This document shows positions 26,325 to 28,800 of a stretch of DNA of 28,800 nt, piece by piece. Both the position numbers and the translations under genes were made by a program. The notes under the pieces are model-generated. The model was not told where the DNA came from. It saw only the letters and a list, made by a program, of their open reading frames with translations, and searched no databases. Source of the stretch: a virus (lineage: Duplodnaviria; Caudoviricetes); the IMG/VR virus record IMGVR_UViG_3300021968_000005, positions 1 to 28,800 of that record. One strand, 5' to 3'. How positions within the stretch are numbered: the first letter of the stretch is position 1; every line of letters begins with the position of its first letter.

Positions 26325-26558
26325 TCATTTTCTTTTCCTCTCTTCTATTGAGCACAGTCTATTATGAAAATCCTTCATTTCTAGCTGAACTAGTTGAACG
26401 TCTTCTTTAATCGCTACTATTAAATTAACAATATCGCGTCTGTCCGCATTCGCTTCACCACGACTCCATAGGAAGAGGGTAACTACAATGGCTCCCATGG
26501 CGATTATGATACCCATGCCAGTTAAAATAATAGTTATTAATAATCCAAAGTTTTCCAT
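26325..26558 (-). CDS. TM plus coiled-coil microprotein, paralog B1
   Basis: Long N-terminal hydrophobic helix; ends MKDFHNRLCSIEERKRK. Confidence 0.8.
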   Translation of the reverse strand: MENFGLLITIILTGMGIIIAMGAIVVTLFLWSRGEANADRRDIVNLIVAIKEDVQLVQLEMKDFHNRLCSIEERKRK

Positions 26559-26560
26559 AT

Positions 26561-26761
26561 CTATCCTTTCTTATTTCTCTCTTCTATTGAGCATAGTCGG
26601 CTGTGAAAGTCCTTAATGTCTTCTCGAATTGCATTAATCAAATCTCTGTTACTTTGAATCATATTTTGCATATGTCGTGTATCTGCTCTACTTTCAACTC
26701 TATTCCATATCCATAGGCCAAATACACCTATAAAAAAGATGATAAATTGTGTCCATTCCAT
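26561..26761 (-). CDS. TM plus coiled-coil microprotein, paralog B2
   Basis: N-terminal TM; ends IKDFHSRLCSIEERNKKG. Confidence 0.8.
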   Translation of the reverse strand: MEWTQFIIFFIGVFGLWIWNRVESRADTRHMQNMIQSNRDLINAIREDIKDFHSRLCSIEERNKKG

Positions 26762-26763
26762 AG

Positions 26764-26994
26764 TTATTCCTTGTTAAAATTCTTTTCTCTATTTTCTTTT
26801 GCCTGATATAGACCAAGGGCCATATTTATCAGTTCGAGCGACCGTGAATATCCAATGATTTTTCCATCATCAAGACCGGAAATTGTTGCGCTTTCTGGCA
26901 TGTTTTTTATAAGTTCGATTTTATATTCGATCTCTCTTTTTGCTGCCGTTATCAGATTAAATAAAAAACTTTCGTTCATGGTTTCTTCTCGCAC
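26764..26994 (-). CDS. Hypothetical protein
   Basis: In the - strand operon; likely start at ATG 26979 (MNESF...), giving an ATGA overlap with the HTH gene. Confidence 0.6.
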   Translation of the reverse strand: MREETMNESFLFNLITAAKREIEYKIELIKNMPESATISGLDDGKIIGYSRSLELINMALGLYQAKENREKNFNKE

Positions 26995-27164
26995 ATACCT
27001 TGTAAATGCAGTCTCTCTAGTTCCGATTCAGCGATCCTAAACGGCCCATATTTCCCAACACTTGGTCTCGATGCAAAGATCTTTCCCTCTCTAATTGCCC
27101 TGCGAATGCTACCTGGGTGCATTTTTATCCTCTCGGCAAATTCCTTAACCGTTAAGAAGATCAT
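26976..27164 (-). CDS. Excisionase/MerR-like HTH DNA-binding protein
   Basis: FLTVKEFAERIKMHPGSIRRAIREGKIFASR...FRIAESELERL is the typical HTH_17/Xis pattern. Confidence 0.85.
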   Translation of the reverse strand: MIFLTVKEFAERIKMHPGSIRRAIREGKIFASRPSVGKYGPFRIAESELERLHLQGMCEKKP

Positions 27165-27328
27165 TTCTTGTTCCTTTCTTCAATAGAACATAGTCTTCCA
27201 TGAAAATCTTTCATTTCATCGGAAATGGCCTTCAGATGCGCTAGAGTATGCAAATGTAAGGGGATAACGATGCCAAGAACCGTTCCTAGCATTGTGCCCA
27301 TGAGAACTAATAATTGAATCCAATCCAC
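27161..27328 (-). CDS. TM plus coiled-coil microprotein, paralog B3 (55 aa, not in ORF track)
   Basis: GTG start with AAGGA RBS; MDWIQLLVLMGTMLGTVLGIVIPLHLHTLAHLKAISDEMKDFHGRLCSIEERNKK; ATGA overlap with the HTH gene. Confidence 0.85.
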   Translation of the reverse strand: MDWIQLLVLMGTMLGTVLGIVIPLHLHTLAHLKAISDEMKDFHGRLCSIEERNKK

Positions 27329-27357
27329 AATAAATCCTTTGTTTCAAACACGATAAT

Positions 27358-27386
27358 AGTGTAACACGGCGTTCACAATAAGTCAA
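27358..27386 (-). promoter_or_regulatory. Sigma70-type promoter for the antisense cassette
   Basis: On the - strand: TTGACT (27386-27381)-N17-TACACT (27363-27358). Confidence 0.65.
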
Positions 27387-27413
27387 TCTTCCTGCGGACA
27401 ACGGCTATTTCTA

Positions 27414-27443
27414 TTGACTGGCGTTATTTTTATACAGCAATTT
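27414..27443 (+). promoter_or_regulatory. Conserved morphogenesis promoter-like motif, copy 5
   Basis: TTGACT GGCGTT ATTTTTAT ACAG CAATTT, upstream of the tail-fibre gene. Confidence 0.55.
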
Positions 27444-27475
27444 TAAATTTTAACGACTCAATAGGAGTATTCATC

Positions 27476-28537
27476 ATGTCTAAAATGTTTCAAGTTTACG
27501 GTATCGGACAGGCACTAATCCCCGTGCTTCCTCCTCCTATCCCTTTTCAAAGCGCCCCTCCAAGCAACCAAACAAACTATGAGATAGGGCAAATTGCCTA
27601 TACCCCTGCTAATGCGCCTACCACTTTTTATATCTATGCTGGTGGGGGAAACTGGGAAGTTTTGGCTGCTAGTGGCGGAAATATTTCTCAAGTGCTAGGA
27701 ACCGCTAATCAAGTTGCAGTTTCTACCGTGGCTGGGGTTGCTACGATTTCTTTGATCGGACCTTATACACCAACTACCTTCACGGCCCATGGCGTTTTAA
27801 TTGGAGAAGGCACTAGCTCGATTGTTGCAACAAGTGCAGGAACCGCAGGACAAGTGTTAGTTTCTGGTGGAGCTTCGGCGAACCCAACATGGACAACAAC
27901 CACATTCCCAACTACTGCTGGAGCAACAGGTACAATTTTAAGATCCAATGGCACTAACTATGTCGCCTCAACAGATACGTGGGTTGATACTGTGGTAGCT
28001 GGTGATATTTTAATTGCTACAGCTACAAACGTCGTTGGTTCTTTAGCTGACGTAGCTACAGGGCAAGTTCTAATGAGCGGTGGTGTCGGTGTAGCACCTG
28101 CATATTCAGGTTCTCCATCAATCTCAGGAAGCTTGACAGCCGGTACAACTGTGACGGCAACGTCTGGTGCAATTACCGCCACTAACGGAAACTTTGTTGC
28201 TACATCGGTTGGCACTGGTATCCTTTTGAATTCTTCTCAAGCATCTGGGGTTGCGTCTAGCCCTGTAGTTGTTAACGGAAGATCGGGAAGAGCAACATTC
28301 ACTACTGTTTCTATTGCAGCAGCGGCCGACCTTACTTTGACTATCACAAACTCAGCAATTACAGCTTCGACAACTGAAGTCATGTTAAGCATGAGTGGAG
28401 CAACAACAGGATCGGCACTAAGCATTAAGAGCAAAACCGCTTCGGCAGGATCTCTTGCAATCGTTATCACAAACGGAACAGGCGCGACAACTTCAACGGA
28501 TGATATTCAGATTGATTTTCTAGTATTAAACGCATAA
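27476..28537 (+). CDS. Tail fibre/spike-like protein
   Basis: AGGAG RBS; rich in G/T/A/S with repeats GQVLVSGGASANPTW, GTILRSNGTNYV and GQVLMSGGVGVAPAY. Confidence 0.7.
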   Translation: MSKMFQVYGIGQALIPVLPPPIPFQSAPPSNQTNYEIGQIAYTPANAPTTFYIYAGGGNWEVLAASGGNISQVLGTANQVAVSTVAGVATISLIGPYTPTTFTAHGVLIGEGTSSIVATSAGTAGQVLVSGGASANPTWTTTTFPTTAGATGTILRSNGTNYVASTDTWVDTVVAGDILIATATNVVGSLADVATGQVLMSGGVGVAPAYSGSPSISGSLTAGTTVTATSGAITATNGNFVATSVGTGILLNSSQASGVASSPVVVNGRSGRATFTTVSIAAAADLTLTITNSAITASTTEVMLSMSGATTGSALSIKSKTASAGSLAIVITNGTGATTSTDDIQIDFLVLNA

Positions 28538-28582
28538 GGGATATCGAAATAAAAGCAGAACAAAAAGATAAAGAGGAAAGTA

Positions 28583-28800
28583 ATGGAAATCCGCAATCTG
28601 AATCGACCTAGAGGACTAATTAATCCGCAGGGAGAATATCTTCCTCAGACTTTTAGGGATTTGGCATATAGAGGCGATCTAAACGGAGGAGCAAACCTTG
28701 TTTATATTGGGTTTGCTAGACCTGGGACTAGTGAAGGTGATTTGGCGTGGCAGATTTTCTTCATTACATATGCTGGCAGCACGCCATTATCAATTACATG
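28583..28800 (+). CDS. Hypothetical virion-associated protein (3'-truncated)
   Basis: GAGGA RBS; MEIRNLNRPRG...VYIGFARPGTSEGDLAWQIFFITY; open to the window end. Confidence 0.65.
   Translation, partial: MEIRNLNRPRGLINPQGEYLPQTFRDLAYRGDLNGGANLVYIGFARPGTSEGDLAWQIFFITYAGSTPLSIT

Noticed and set aside
26976-27164. Integration/excision module implied by the Xis-like HTH
   Set aside because: No integrase or att-like repeat is visible in the window; a regulatory role is equally plausible.
1-28800. Host assignment (the gene set reminded me of prophage-like regions in environmental Chlamydiae)
   Set aside because: Recollection only; no host genes in the window and no search possible.

Overview
This window is the replication-end-to-tail portion of a short-tailed (podovirus-like) dsDNA phage or prophage, at about 40% GC. 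Gene order on the + strand: replication initiator (5'-truncated, with internal iterons), SSB-like protein, RusA-like nuclease, ParB-like protein, GroES-like co-chaperonin, small terminase, a tRNA-like cloverleaf, large terminase, ~3.5 kb of small accessory ORFs, P22-type portal, scaffold, N4-gp56-type major capsid, head/tail proteins carrying repeated E1-FCCH-like domains, a second HNH gene, three probable ejection proteins, an antisense cassette of small membrane proteins, and tail-fibre-like genes. The most notable observations are: (1) the large terminase is split into two separately initiated genes by a free-standing HNH gene, with no room for an intron or intein, and its N-half also has an in-frame TAA; (2) a conserved 30-bp promoter-like motif lies upstream of five morphogenesis transcription units; (3) a non-canonical tRNA-Ser(TGA)-like cloverleaf sits between terS and terL; (4) three paralogous TM-coiled-coil microproteins ending KDFHxRLCSIEER, one missed by the ORF track, occupy the position of P22's sieA/immI region. 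All family assignments are from motif recognition by eye; no searches were run, and the host cannot be determined from this window.
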